Positions 13,701 to 26,158 of a stretch of DNA of 64,000 nucleotides are shown here, piece after piece. A program made the translations under genes and the position numbers. Position 1 is the stretch's first letter. The number at the start of each line of letters is the position of its first letter. Origin of the DNA: Antedon mediterranea (Eukaryota; Animalia; Echinodermata); the NCBI RefSeq assembly GCF_964355755.1, contig NC_092674.1, positions 4,836,001 to 4,900,000 of the forward strand. Direction: 5' to 3'. The notes beneath the pieces are model-generated. The model was not told the origin of the DNA, ran no database searches, and saw only the letters and a list, made by a program, of their open reading frames with translations.

Positions 13701-14448
13701 TAACAGCATCATTGAACATAACCCCTACACTTGAACCTTCCTCCGGTGTCATCATGTCTAAGAAAATAAAGGCTCCATCATGACTCTTCAACACTGGGGA
13801 CTGTCCCTTGATCAACGGATACAACCAATCACAAACTTGTAAGAAAGCTGGAGGTTTGTCAGGATTTTGTACTTTTACCTCATCAGTAAACTCGTAAATT
13901 CTGAGAGAGCTAGGCATGCTTGGCGTACTCACATGGCCTTTGTTATTTATGAAGTAGATCTGTGCACCATCTGATATGCTAAATACCTCGTTAGCATTTG
14001 CTTCGCTTTCTAAATATGATGGTGGCTCTCCCATTTCCATTAACTCTTCTTCCATTTCAACATTACTATTCAAATTCTCCAATTCTTCTTCTGACAGACT
14101 ATTTGTGACCCCATTATGATTTACTTTTTGTAACCGTTCTAAATCTTCTAGCCGCGTTTTCATTTGAAGAAGTGTCTTCTTCATTTGCTTCTGCATTTCA
14201 CGTGCTTCATCCCATTCCTTTCCGCGACAGTCTGTCCCATTATTCTTAATTTCTAAGCCTTTCTTAAGACTTGTTAAAGCTTTACTGTAAAATCTTGCTG
14301 CTTCAGTTGTTTTGCCTTGCTCATCAAGAGCCAATGCTTTTTGGATATCAGAATAGGCTGCTTTTTTGTATGTTTTAATCTTTAAAATTCTTCCATCTTT
14401 GGTTTGTGTAGAATCTTTTGGTATAGCTCCATGTGAACACTGTGCCAT
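10790..14448 (-). CDS. SPART: Spartin (MIT domain + senescence domain); coding exons 14448-13697, 13387-13134, 12535-12357, 12121-11944, 11516-11426, 11009-10790
   Basis: All introns GT-AG and phase-consistent. N-terminal MIT domain (KALALDEQGKTTEAARFYSKAL), PPSY motif, LQVCDWLYPL, GATWVSWGLGKGAE, KYGDAAARLT..LGIKAIAKRTAK match spartin. TAG stop at 10790-10792. Confidence 0.95.
12728..12864. mobile_element. Harbinger-type MITE family 2 (other copies ~28060-28188, 40387-40520, 50788-50921)
   Basis: TIR consensus AGCTTGGTTCCCACTAG and shared internal gaccaatc/gacgcaac motifs. Confidence 0.6.
12963..13100. mobile_element. MITE family 1 copy in a spartin intron
   Basis: TTA + AGCTCTGCCTACACTATCAAAC ... 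GTTTGATAGTGTAGA. Confidence 0.75.
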
Positions 14449-15360
14449 ATTTATTCTGGAAATAAATACATAGATTTCAGTCACTAATATTAATAATACA
14501 CTGAGGTAACCTCTTCTACTACAGCAACTGGTAAAAGCACAGTCCTTAAAACTGCCATGATCTAGGCCAGGGCTATAAATTAATAATATACTTTACATAA
14601 GTATCTATTATACATCTTTTCACAATACAGAGAAGGCATGTTTGATAGATGAAACGCGATGCTGTGTAGCGAAGCGTAACCAACAGAAATAACAGATACA
14701 ACTTCAAGTACTATGTCTTAATATTTAATCATATTATATAACACACCTAGATTATTGTCATTTTTTTGGTCACATCGTGACATGTATAGGCCTACTGTAC
14801 AATGAAACAATTGTGCAATAGTGTTTTCCAGCTTCAATTTGTTGTACGAAAAACAATTTTGTACGTACAACTACATATCTCTTAACTTTTTTTGCTTGGC
14901 TTTTGTTTTGGCAAAAACGGCTTAGGCTATATAGGGCTAGCAGGGCCTAAGTAAATGATAATTAAATTAGAAATTCCACCCAAATGGAACTATTATTTTT
15001 AAGTTAGAGTTTCATGTTAGACCAAAAAAGCACAAGTGACTAGGCCTTAATTATTAAAACAACGTGGAATCGGGTATAGGCCTATAGTGTTAACAGTGTA
15101 ACGTAAAACGGGTCGAAGCGACTCTATTGTTGTGGACAAGTAAAGTAAGCACAGTATTTCTCTGGGCTAGGCTAGAAAGAACAGGGTATGCCTAGGAAGG
15201 ACAGGTACATAGGCCTAGAGGTATTAATATTATTGGGCCTCTAGGCTAGATTACCACGCTAGCATAAATAATTAGCTGCCTACGAAACGCCAAAAATACA
15301 ATACATTTTATAGAACTCACAATTGAATAATATGAAAAAAAACTCACTTAGGCCTCCTAC

Positions 15361-15480
15361 CTACACTCTACACATCAGACATAAAAAAAATCAACAAATG
15401 ACTCATACTCACACGCGCGCACCGTACCACCACCAGAGCCAGTGTAGTACAAATTAAAGTACTGTATTCACTTGTCGCCC
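15361..15480 (-). promoter_or_regulatory. Putative spartin promoter / non-coding first exon
   Basis: The ATG exon starts at a splice acceptor (14455), so an upstream exon is needed. There is a minus-strand donor AG|GTAGGA at 15360 and a CpG-containing patch at 15410-15480. Confidence 0.4.
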
Positions 15481-15673
15481 AATAAGGGCTAGTATTATGA
15501 TATAATTATAAAATATTATCAAGTACATGCTAAACATTATATTTATGGTTATTGTGATATTTAATTCTAGGTTTTATACATTTTTAATGTGAAAAACTGT
15601 AAATACTGATTGTTGGTTTCTCCCGAAACTAAGAATAGGCCTATATGAGACTGAAAATGATGTTTTTGTGGCA

Positions 15674-16935
15674 CAGCGTTGCCAGCGATAAAATTTAAAT
15701 TATGCCGTATCCTGTCTCAAATAATGCCAGATTGGGAAAAATAATGCCAGATCCCCAAAATGTGGCCCTAAACAGCGCCACCAACGGTTGTATGTTTAAT
15801 AAACGTTTGTAAAACCCCAACTGACACAATATAGGGCCTAAATTGTATCCCTATGTCGTTCAAAAATTGTATTTTTAGTTTTGTGAGTAATAACTAATAA
15901 TTCTAAAAATATCTGGGGTGCAAAAATGGTAATTGCAAATGACACAAACACCAACCCACGAACCCTTCTCCCCCCCACCCCCCCAAAAAAAACCTGTTAC
16001 AGCCAATGGAAATTTAGAATTTTTGAGCTGAAATATGAGAGCTGCTCGATCTTTGCACTTAATTTCAAATATGAAAGGATCTTAGCCCACCATAATTAGA
16101 AAATGGCAATTATAATTTAAAATAGGAAATAAAAATATATATTATGTGTCTCAATGACTTCAGCCCCACCATGGTTGGGGCTGAGGTAAAAAAAAAAGAA
16201 AAATAGAGCTGCTCGATGGGCGGAAATGGCACTTAATTTTAAATAAAAATTACCTCGCCCACATGGTCACTACTGGGGATGAGAGGTGAAGAACATTTGG
16301 AAAAATAGAGTTGCTACGACGATGCAAATGAACATAATATGAATATTTGAAATATGGAAAACAAATTCTGCTAGAAGAAATTCTTTTTAAAATTAGAGCT
16401 TCTAATTAGTTACTGGAAATTGCCATTTCAAGGGTTGGGGTAGGGGTGCGGCCACTTATAATTATGAACTGAAACAACAAAACCCCTTTCATAATGTTTT
16501 CGTTCAATTGTCTCTATATCTGGGGATCCAATAACCTGCATGGTCTCTGAAATCAACATAATTGGCCAATAGCTAGCCTCTTCGGATTTGTTGTGCTGCC
16601 TATATCGCACACACGGTAGTTTTCGAGCAGCCTTCCTATCCGAAGAGTCTATTTAAGTCCGAAACAAAAGGATGGAAGAACTATTGTACGGAAAACCCGA
16701 ACAGATCTGTTTTGTACGATATGATATTGTGTAAGGTGATATGTATTAAATTGCAAGATTAAACAAAATATTTTATTTTTGTTCTGTGGTATATTATTTT
16801 TTTGGTTGTTCAAAAAACACAAAATTATGCCAGATTATGCTAAAAACGGCTAAATAATGCCGCGGCATTATGCCAGATGCCGTGGGCCTCTAAATAATGC
16901 CAAAAAGCATAATAATGCCAGAAATGGCAACTATG
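15674..16935. mobile_element. Non-autonomous hAT transposon, complete
   Basis: TIRs CAGCGTTGCCA / TGGCAACTATG, perfect 8-bp TSD TTGTGGCA (15666-15673, 16936-16943), AATAATGCC subterminal repeats. Confidence 0.9.
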
Positions 16936-18569
16936 TTGTGGCAGGCGTTGTGTGACGAATCAAGTTTAACATTAACAATGCTTTGCAGAAACTAGTTTCT
17001 GCACTGAATAATACTGTGTATGTGTACATTACCGTTTTAATTCCAATTAATTGTAGTATTGTTTAAATTCCGATTGTACTAATATTTAAGGTGTATAACC
17101 AGTAGGCATAGCATAGTATTTAAGATGTTTTAGAACCGACTGTAGGCCTAATATTCGTAGTATTAATATTTAAATCCCGGTAGTAGGCCTAATATAGTTT
17201 AATATAATTATATAATAATCCAAATTGTACAGTAATATAGTATACTACCCGAAGGTAAAAGATCTGATAATGCCAATTGTACATTTAGGTTATTGTTAGT
17301 ATCAGTATGACCGCTTTCTCTTCAATTTTGATTATAACCTGTGGCGAATGTGTTTGGTGTCTGTTAGAAAATTAACAATGCCAAATGGCTAGAGTTATGC
17401 ACCAAGAAACGCCGCGAAAGCGGCATTGATTGGTGACCTATATAGGAGACATTCCCATGACACCATTCAAAATAAGTTTAGGATGTCATAATTTAAAATA
17501 CTAGATGGTACGCGAACCGGATGTGGTTCTCGAATACATATAGTTTCAGCGTTAAATAACTGGTGATTTCAAATACGTACCGCTGGACAATAATACATGT
17601 CGTTTACAGGAACGAATAAATAGACACGGTGATTTATGTACTCAACCCAAATTAGCACACTGGGAATTACTTACGAAAGAAACTTGTTTGAGACAAAGTT
17701 TAACAAACTTAATTTGTGTTTTGTATGTAACAGGGCTGAGGGGGATGGGGAAGAGAATAGGTGCAATTTTTAAATATATTCTTTATCCATTCAGTAACGA
17801 AATATTAATTGTTTTCATGTTTTAATAATATACCACTTATAAACACAGAAAAAATTGCGATTTAATACTTTGTTGAAACTGTCACCGTCATAGTCGATTG
17901 AACCAGTAGCCTCAGTATGTAACGTTACACCAATTTGTGGAAAACACCTAGAATTCGGTGCAAAAACCAACCTTCTCCGAATATCTGAAATATGAACCTA
18001 AAGCAGAGACATACATGTTTGGTATTGAGAGAGAATTGTACAAGAAGTGGTAGGTCTTAACACTTGATCGAATACCAAACTTTAAAAATTTTACTTTTAT
18101 GACTTTTTATTAAATTGAGATGGCGATGATTACTGCCCCTCCGCTGAAAAGTCTGCCGGCATCCATCTTGGACGGCTCCGTATATCTCTTTTCTTTTACT
18201 ATGTATCTTTGTTCTTTTTTTGTAAATGTTGTTGCTTAACCATATACAGTACCATGATGTTAAGGTGAATGTTAATACATTTTGAATTTACCAGTTTCTT
18301 CCAATCGGATCGTTCATTGGCTATACTAGTTGTTTGATATCTTACTTGGTTTTCAATTGTCCGGGATACGTGATATTTGTGATCAGCTTATAAAGGTAGA
18401 GTAGGTATAAATTTGAGTGAAATTGTTGGATATCACTAATACTTAAGACTACCTTTATCTCAAAGATTTTGTCATCTTTATCGCTTCAATATTACATTGC
18501 AGGTATCACCGAGCGTAACATGATAAATGCGTCTTAAGAATTAGGTGTGCCGCTGATACGAAAGTGTTA

Positions 18570-18713
18570 CGCTCTGTCTACACTATCAAACTAGTTTGAC
18601 AAAAAAATGGTGATGTGCCCAAATATGGTAGTGATATGACATCATCATTTCCATATATGGGCACATCACATTTTTGTTGTCACATAATTAAGTTTTATAG
18701 TGTAGACAGAGCT
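18570..18713. mobile_element. MITE family 1, complete
   Basis: TIRs with TTA TSD. Confidence 0.85.
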
Positions 18714-18918
18714 TTATAGTTTATAGGCATTTGTTTAACCAGAAAAGAGTGAATTCACTGTTAGTTTTAAAATATTTGCAAAATAACCTTAGAGTAAAAA
18801 AAAAATGTTCAAAGAATAGATATTTCTTTCACGCATATATAACGTAGCCTGTCTGGATTGAGGGTCCGATAAAGTTAACAAAAGTCCGTCGGACTTTGTG
18901 TTTGCAGCATGACCTTTA

Positions 18919-18952
18919 TTCTGTCCATGGAGAAATTTCTCCATGTTCTGTC
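18919..18952. mobile_element. 20-bp palindromic transposon footprint with 7-bp TSD
   Basis: TTCTGTC-CATGGAGAAATTTCTCCATG-TTCTGTC. Confidence 0.6.
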
Positions 18953-19314
18953 CTTTGTGTGTCAGCAGTCAAGTAAGGAAAGCCTTCCATGGTGGTAAGA
19001 TTTTTTTTCTTCTACTTTTTAGGACTAATAACTAGACTCGTTTTAGATACGATCATTTTGTTTTCATTTAAACAAAATGGTAAAAATGAATTGTGATGAA
19101 TTTAAAATTTAACATTAGACATATAAATATATAAAGCATCGTAACCAGTGATTGTAAATTGATAAATTTTAAACTGAACAGATACAAAATGATTGGAACG
19201 TTTTAGAGTGGTCTTGCAGTTTGAATGAGCTTAAAGAATTATTTCTAACTGTAAAACATACTTTCTGGCTGTTTTACTTTATCGTTTTGATTTAGCTTTT
19301 CGTTTTTTTTTTTT

Positions 19315-19985
19315 ATCTCCACTGAAATTCAGCCACTGACCCACAGTATTGTCATTTAGTCAGTGCTTATTTGCGTTGTATCTCTATTGAGATTCAGCCA
19401 CTGATACCCACAGCATTGTCATTTTTTCAGTGATTTTTTTTTTTGTATATCTCCATTGAGATCCAGCCACTGATACCTACAGCATTGTCATTTTTTTAGT
19501 GATTATTTTTTTTGTATCTCCATTGAGATCCAACCACTGATACACAGCTTTTTTTCAGTGCTTATTTTTTTTTGTACCTATCTCCATTGAGATCCAGCCA
19601 CTGATACCCACAGCATTGTCATTTTTTCAGTGATCATTTTTTGTGTATATCCATTGAGATCCAGCCACTGATACCCACAGCATTGTCATTTTTTCAGTGA
19701 TCATTTTTTTTTGTATATCTCCATTGAGATCCAGCCACTGATACCCACAGCATTGTCATTTTTTCAGTGATCATTTTTTTTGTATATCTCCATTGAGATC
19801 CAGCCACTGATACCCACAGCATTGTCATTTTTTCAGTGATCATTTTTTTTGTATCTCCATTGAGATCCAGCCACTGATACCCACAGCATTTTTTCAGTGT
19901 TTATTTTTTTTTTATTTATGTCCATTGCGATCCAGCCACTGATACCCACAGCATTTATTCAGTGCCATTGTCATTTTTTCAGTAA
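19315..19985. repeat. Minisatellite, ~60-bp unit, ~11 copies
   Basis: Unit ctccattgagatccagccactgatacccacagcattgtcattttttcagtgatca(t)n gtata with variable T-runs. Confidence 0.95.
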
Positions 19986-20529
19986 TTTGCCTTTGGATTG
20001 ATACATACATACATAACATTTTATAAAATGGTTAACATTATATTTAATAATTTTTTGTAGACCTTATGCTTTATCATTTATTTAGAACAGGGTGCAATTT
20101 TATGCATCACCCACATCTTGCTAAACCGGGTCACCAACATTGCTGTAAATTTATTCAGGTGCGGGCAAAAACATTTTTATTGATCATACATTTTTGGGAT
20201 TTTATTTGTGTTACACGAGCTTGTTCAAAATAAGCACTTTCTTATAGTTCAAATTACACAGTAAAATCTCTATTCTTTTGTAAACAAATTTTGAAACAGA
20301 GAGGCATTTTTAAAAAACTATAAAAAAATAAACGGTCGATAAAAATTGTTATCAGATGACTAAATATAGGTAATATAAATTGAATTTTACGTTTCTGGTA
20401 TTTTTATTCAACTTCGAGTTTTTATTTTCATGCTGTAGCAAAAATTATCAATCGTAGGATATCCATCATCTGTTTTAACCTTCTTATCTAGGGAGTCACC
20501 AAACACGTTATTACACTAGGTTAAACCAC

Positions 20530-21138
20530 CTTTTTTACTCGGGATTTTTAAAGTACTACTCCTCCCTTATTAGTTGTAGTATTGAGCTGGGATTTGGCAT
20601 GAATATACATGTCCTCAAATCTATAGAGCCGGATTTTTAAATTTCAAACCGGATGCAGCCATATGACGTCTCGAAGATGGTACCATATAGCCGTATTTGG
20701 TAGGTTATTGATGTGTATGTGACGTCACATCCCGTCTTATGACGCCATTACAGCTTCATTTGCTGTACCCCGAGTATCGCACATTCGTGCTTTTTACTTG
20801 GGGTACCCGAGTCTAGGACTTACTCATTTTCTCCTCCTCTTCTTCCTCCATCTGGACACTATTGAGTAAAAAGTGCGATTTTTAAAGTACTACTCCTCCC
20901 TTATTCGGTGTAGTATTGAGCTGGGATTTGGCATGAATACTACAGGCACATGTCCTCAAAGCTATAGAGCCAGATTTTAGTATTTTCAAACCGGATGCAG
21001 CAATATGACTTCTCGAAGATGGTACCATATAGCCGTATTTGGTAGGTTATTGATGTGTATGTGAAGTCACATCCCGTCTTATGACGTCATTACAGCTTCA
21101 TTTGCAGTACCCCGAGTATCGCACATTCGTGCTTTTTT
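20530..21138 (+). mobile_element. Two tandem Helentron/DINE-type non-autonomous elements
   Basis: ~270-340 bp units ending GTACCCCGAGT-at-GCACATTCGTGC-TTTT (sub-TIR + 3' hairpin); the second begins GGGGTACCCGAG followed by a (TCC/TCT)n tract. Confidence 0.65.
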
Positions 21139-21211
21139 GTTTGTTAATTAATTTGTTTAATTAAGAACCCACAATGTGTGACACACACCACAGCATCATG
21201 TAGTTATATGC

Positions 21212-21283
21212 GGAATCTTGGCGTAGTGGTTATCACGTTGGCTTAACAAGCAGAAGGTACCTGGTTCAAGCCCGGGAGAAACT
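21212..21283 (+). pseudogene. tRNA-Val(AAC)-derived pseudogene
   Basis: gcgtagtggttatcacg A-box, loop ttaacaa, ggttcaagccc B-box, T-run terminator; acceptor and anticodon stems mispaired. Confidence 0.7.
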
Positions 21284-21499
21284 TTTTTTTTTTAAACTTT
21301 ATGGTGAAAAGTACTGTATACGAAATATGATAATTATACACAGTATATCTTATTTTTATTATTTTTTTAAATACTTATTTTGTGTAATCGGTAATTATCA
21401 CTTTTACACATGTTTATTTTGCTTTGTGCTTATTACCATATTTATTTGTAATTCAAATGGATTAAAAAACTTTGTGTAACCCACATTTTTAGTGTAAGA

Positions 21500-21571
21500 G
21501 GTTTCGCAGTGTAGTGGTTGTCAAGTCTGCTTAACACGCAGAAGGTCCCGGTTCGAGCCCTGGCGAAACCT
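21500..21571 (+). tRNA. tRNA-Val(AAC), probably a pseudogene
   Basis: Acceptor stem GGTTTCG/CGAAACC, anticodon arm TCTGC-TTAACAC-GCAGA, TTCGA T-loop; but U8>C and mismatches in the D and T stems. Confidence 0.7.
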
Positions 21572-21633
21572 ATTTTTCTTTAACTTTATGGTGAAATATA
21601 CTGTATACGTAATATGATATAGAGTATATCTCG

Positions 21634-21979
21634 TTTTATTACCCGGGGTACCTGAGTCTAGGACTCTCATCTTTTCCTCTTCTTCTTCCATCCGGACACT
21701 ATTGAGCAAAAAGTGCGATTTATAAAGTACTACTCCTCCATTATTCGTTGTAGTATTGAGCTCGGATTTAGCATGAATATACTACAGGGACATGTCCTCA
21801 AGCTATAGAGCCGGATTTTTTAATTTCAAACCAGATGCAGCCATATCACGTCTCAAAGATGGTACCGTATAGCCGTATTTGGTTGCGCGGTTATTGATGT
21901 GTATGTGACGTTACATCCGGACTTATGACGTCATTACAGCTTCTTTCGCTGTACCCCGAGTATTGCACATTCGTGCTTG
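21634..21979 (+). mobile_element. Third Helentron/DINE-type element, complete
   Basis: TTTTATT-ACCCGGGGTAC ... GTACCCCGAGT sub-TIRs, (TCT)n tract, 3' hairpin GCAC-ATTC-GTGC then TT. Confidence 0.7.
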
Positions 21980-22062
21980 TTCATATTGATTTCTGTTACA
22001 AATATTTGATTTATTTATTAAATTTAAAATTCATGCCTGTACCTGAGCTTTAACGTTATAAT

Positions 22063-23912
22063 AATATATTATATAATAATATAATAATATAACAATTTAT
22101 ATAGCGCACATATATATCCACTAAAAGTGTTCAAGGCTAATCACAACACTGTTTGTTTATACTTCATTAATACCATATGCCTCAGCAAGAAGGTTTGATT
22201 TTAATGATTTTTTAAAAGAACTAATTGTATGGCAATGCCTAATCCATTCAGGAATGTCATTCCACATACGCGGAGCACGATCTCCAAACGACGAGTTGTG
22301 AGATTTCGGTTGAAATAAAAGCAACTTATTATTGGTCGTAAATTACATTTAGGAGAGTATGAGCCCAGCATATCAGTCACATATTCTGGAGCAATTCCAT
22401 TAATAACTTTGAAAACAATTAACATTATTTTAAAAACAATTCTATGTTTAATAGGCAGCCAAGTAACTCTTTTAAGGTGCCTGTAATATGCGAAAATCTG
22501 GGCAAGTTAGTTACAACTCGTGCAGCCGCATTTTGTATTAGCTGAAGCCTATATAGTTGTTTATGTGGGAGACTTAATAACAAGGAGTTACACATATCGA
22601 GACGCGAACTAACACATGCATGTACAAGTTGCTCAGCAGCTGCACGATTTAAGTATTTTCTGATGCCTCGAATATTTCTTAAATGATATGACAATGCAGA
22701 CGTAATTTTAGAAATATGAGCCGTCATTGTCATATTAGCATCCAGAATTACACCAAGATTTCTAACTTGTGTAGTATTTTCAGTACAGAAGTTACCAATG
22801 GAAACCCTCCTAGATGGAATTTTCTCTAATTGTTGTTGCGAACCAAATAAAATGTACTCAGTCTTATCATAATTAAGTTTTAAAAAGTCTTTGGCCAACC
22901 AGACACGAATTTCAGAAATACATTTTTCAAGCAAATCAATTGATAATTCACTCTGTGTCATGGTAGGTTTAAACGATATATATATCTGAGTGTCATCAGC
23001 GTAAACATGATAGCTAAGGTTATATTTCTTAATGATATTACGAATAGGATATACATAAATTGTAAACAATTGTGGACCTAAAACAGATTCTTGCGGAACA
23101 GAGAAATTAGAAGTGGTAGGTTGAGTGAGAGATTGCCTCTCTAATACAAATGTGTTGAGGTCTGTCCGCCAATGATTGCCACCATCTTAGTGCACATCCC
23201 TTAACACCAATAGAAGCATGCAACCTCTCAATCAGAATACTATGATCTACCATATCAAACGCAGCACTCAAATCAAGTAAAATTAAAACAGTTACTTTTC
23301 CAACATCCATTGCATCCATCATAACGCGCAGCAGTGCAGTTTCAGTACTGTGATGTGCTTTATACGCTGATTGAAACGGATCAAGTAAAGAATTATCCTT
23401 TACGTGTGATAGTATACGTTTCGATACCACTTTTTCAATTACTTTGCCAAGAAAACACAGATTTGATACTGGTCTGTAATTGGATAGCTTTTCAGGATGA
23501 AGGCCCGATTTCTTTAATTGAGGACGTATGGGCGAGATTTTACAAATCAGGGAAAACCCCTGTTTCCAAAGACAGATTAACGACACGTGTAATTACTGGA
23601 ACAAAAACAACAGCATTTCTCTTAATTAAAAGAGTAGGAACTGGATCAAGACTGCAAGATTTAGCAGGCGAGTTTTTTTGACAATTTCAGAATATCTTTT
23701 TCACTTGCAGGTTCAAATTTACAAAGGAAGGGACAATTATAATTTTCACAGCATACGTCGTTATTAAAGTACAAACTTCAAGCACTATCTTTAACAAGAA
23801 GTTTACGAATATTAACAACAATTTTATTTTTTTTAAATACGGAAACCTTCTGCAAGCAACGATTTAGAACGGTGTAAAAGATTGTTTACAACTTTAAACA
23901 GCCTTTTTCTGA
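22063..23912 (-). mobile_element. 5'-truncated, frameshifted L2/CR1-group LINE
   Basis: RT fragments (NYRPVSNL, LLDLSAAFD, YADDTQ, KLNYDKTE, QLIQNAAAR) in three frames; 3' GCGCTATATAAAT plus (TAT)n tail; empty site gttataat|agtgtc visible at ~27448 and ~39775. Confidence 0.9.
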
Positions 23913-24003
23913 TATAATAGTGTCATGCTAAATTGTGGCCCATTATGCTACTTTGTACTTCCAACCGTTCATTTCATTATTTATTTGGTCTATTTAAGTA
24001 TAT

Positions 24004-24612
24004 TGTAATATAACGATATACTTTTATATTTAAGAAATTGACCTTTGTATCGGAATTCAAATAGGTTCACAAACTTGACCCAGAAAGTCCAGAGGAGAGT
24101 TTGTCCAGATGTTTTAATGACCATTTAGTTTATAATAGAGTCCCTAAAGAAAACACTTAGCTTAATTTTGTGACTTTCCCATCGTTAAACCAGGAGTGAC
24201 TGACACTATTTAAGTACAGATTTGACAGTGTCATCCATCACAGAAATACCTTATTATACCGTTAATCACTCCCACTTAAACACCCCTGGATCAACTTAGG
24301 ACCAATCATTAGCTCCATAAATGATGTAATGACATTATGCAAATGAACTGAGCCAATATACTCCCAAGTTTCAGAAGAACATCTACACCTTACAGCCATT
24401 TCACGGAGCACACACCTCACAGCCACTTCTTCAGAAGCAGACCTACACACTTCACACCTCACTGACAGCATCATTGATCGTCCGTTCCTTATCTATACTT
24501 ATAGTTGTATATTGTACTGAAATATTATACTGAATAAACAATATATGTGTTACGACAGTCAAGCGAGTCAGAGTCTTTCATTAGTACCTCAACAACGCAA
24601 CATTATATTACA
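24004..24612 (+). mobile_element. Solo LTR (Gypsy-like)
   Basis: TGTAATATAA...TTATATTACA terminal inverted repeats, 4-bp TSD ATAT, internal TATTTAAG and AATAAA (24533). Confidence 0.85.
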
Positions 24613-24764
24613 ATATACAAAACAAAAAAAATGAAATTGGGGAGACCTTAATCACTGTAGCTGAGCCGGTTGACCCAACCCCAAAGTCAGTTTACACATA
24701 AAAGACGTAAAGACAAAATACAGTTACAGCGAATCAAAATGAATATGAACTTTTCTAATGAAGG

Positions 24765-24904
24765 CTGTCACCGTCACTGGTTTGCATACGATAAGCTAAT
24801 TTTAAACGAGAATGATTAGTGAGTTTTCTGATCTTTGGTACTAGTGAGGTTCAAGAATGGTCCAAAATTGACAATTCCGACACTGAAGTGGTTCCCGGTA
24901 TTGT
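24765..24904 (+). pseudogene. Collapsed SLC17 relic (copy 0): pre-ATG sequence fused to part of the last exon
   Basis: caccgtcactggtttgcatacgataagctaatt..gagaat (cf. 39826-39885) joins directly to gattagtgagttttctgatctttggtactagtgaggttcaagaatggtcc (last exon, cf. 35735-35825). Confidence 0.8.
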
Positions 24905-25279
24905 ATGATGATTTTGTATGCACGCCCGCGTAAATTGATGATGATCTTTGACCCATCAAATTCAATCGTTGAGTGAATAATGCTGTTATTTTTATTTAAC
25001 TGATTAGTGGTGGAGAAATAAGTACTGTATAGATAAATACACTTACTGAATAGATCAACTTTCTAAAGATTTTAAATCGTTCCACTTTGTATAATATTAA
25101 GGCTGTGATGCATGACAATAATAGGCCTATAGTACAACAGATTATGAATAAAGTAGAATACATACAGAGTCAGTGAGGTGTAAAGTTTAAGATTCGATAT
25201 AGACCTCAGACCTACAGTATATAGTATTATTCACGATTGACGGGCATATCGGTCCCTAAGCCAGAAAGTCTTATCAAGG

Positions 25280-25665
25280 TAAATATGTTTGATAGATCTC
25301 TTCATATAACTGGTTTCTCGATGTCTTATTCGGGGTCTCTGAGTGCTTCATTAGGCCTACCATTTTTTTTGTTCAGTGGGAATGTATTTAACCAGAATAG
25401 TACTTTGACGGCGATGGTGGTAGGTTATTGGCTTGTTGGTTCATAAAATACACATCTTATAGCCACAACCCTCAAGCACAAAATACAACTGTTGAGGATC
25501 TTCAAGGTTTGTTTTTTTTCCTGAACATTTCAACGTATGTTGTAATTATGTTTTTATCATGTTTACCACCAAAATTTAGAGTGAGAATCAATATCATAAG
25601 GAAAAATTGTTTCTATACTTTTTAAATGAGGTAGTAATTAGCATAATAAAGAACGAGGTATGTTT
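25280..25665 (+). promoter_or_regulatory. Conserved upstream block, putative promoter/5'-UTR exon of SLC17 copies (paralogs 36518-36897, 48585-48905)
   Basis: Block retained upstream of A, B and C, ending in a donor-like AAAGAAC(G)AG|GTATGT; each ATG exon is preceded by an acceptor-like AG. Confidence 0.45.
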
Positions 25666-26114
25666 TTCTCATCGATAATTTTGGCTATTATAAGCACTTT
25701 CTTATCAGTGAGGGGGGATAGTTGAAATTACAAAGTAAAATCTATATTCTTTTGTACACAAATATTAAAACAGAGAGGCATTTTTAAAAAACTATGAAAA
25801 ATAAACGGTGTTATAACAAATGTTATCAGATGACCAAATATAGGTAATATAACTTGAATTTTACGTTTCTGGTTTTTTTTATTCAACTTCAGAGTTTTAT
25901 TTTCATGCTGTACCAAAAATTATCCACCGTATATCCATCATCTTTTTTAAACTACCTATCTACTGGAAAAAAGTCTTCCTGGTTTTTATAGAAGAAATTT
26001 GCCAAATTTTGTATTTGACCATTTTATAGGAAATCATGAAAACATTTCTTCTGGTTTCGATTCGTATAATAATATAAGTAGTTCTTTGATAGTAAACCAA
26101 TAAAACTTACGTTG

Positions 26115-26158
26115 GCAAGACAGTTTCGTCTAGCTGTCAGCTTGACTTCTTCAGTTGC
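26115..26158 (-). ncRNA. Minimal type I hammerhead ribozyme (Penelope-associated), copy 1
   Basis: Exact reverse complement of 27253-27296. Confidence 0.75.

Noticed and set aside
16428-16610. Conserved small ORF repeated at 47955-48143
   Set aside because: Lies within two copies of the same non-autonomous hAT element; no transposase motifs.
19315-19985. CRISPR-like repeat with variable spacers
   Set aside because: Variation is only T-run length and small indels: a minisatellite.
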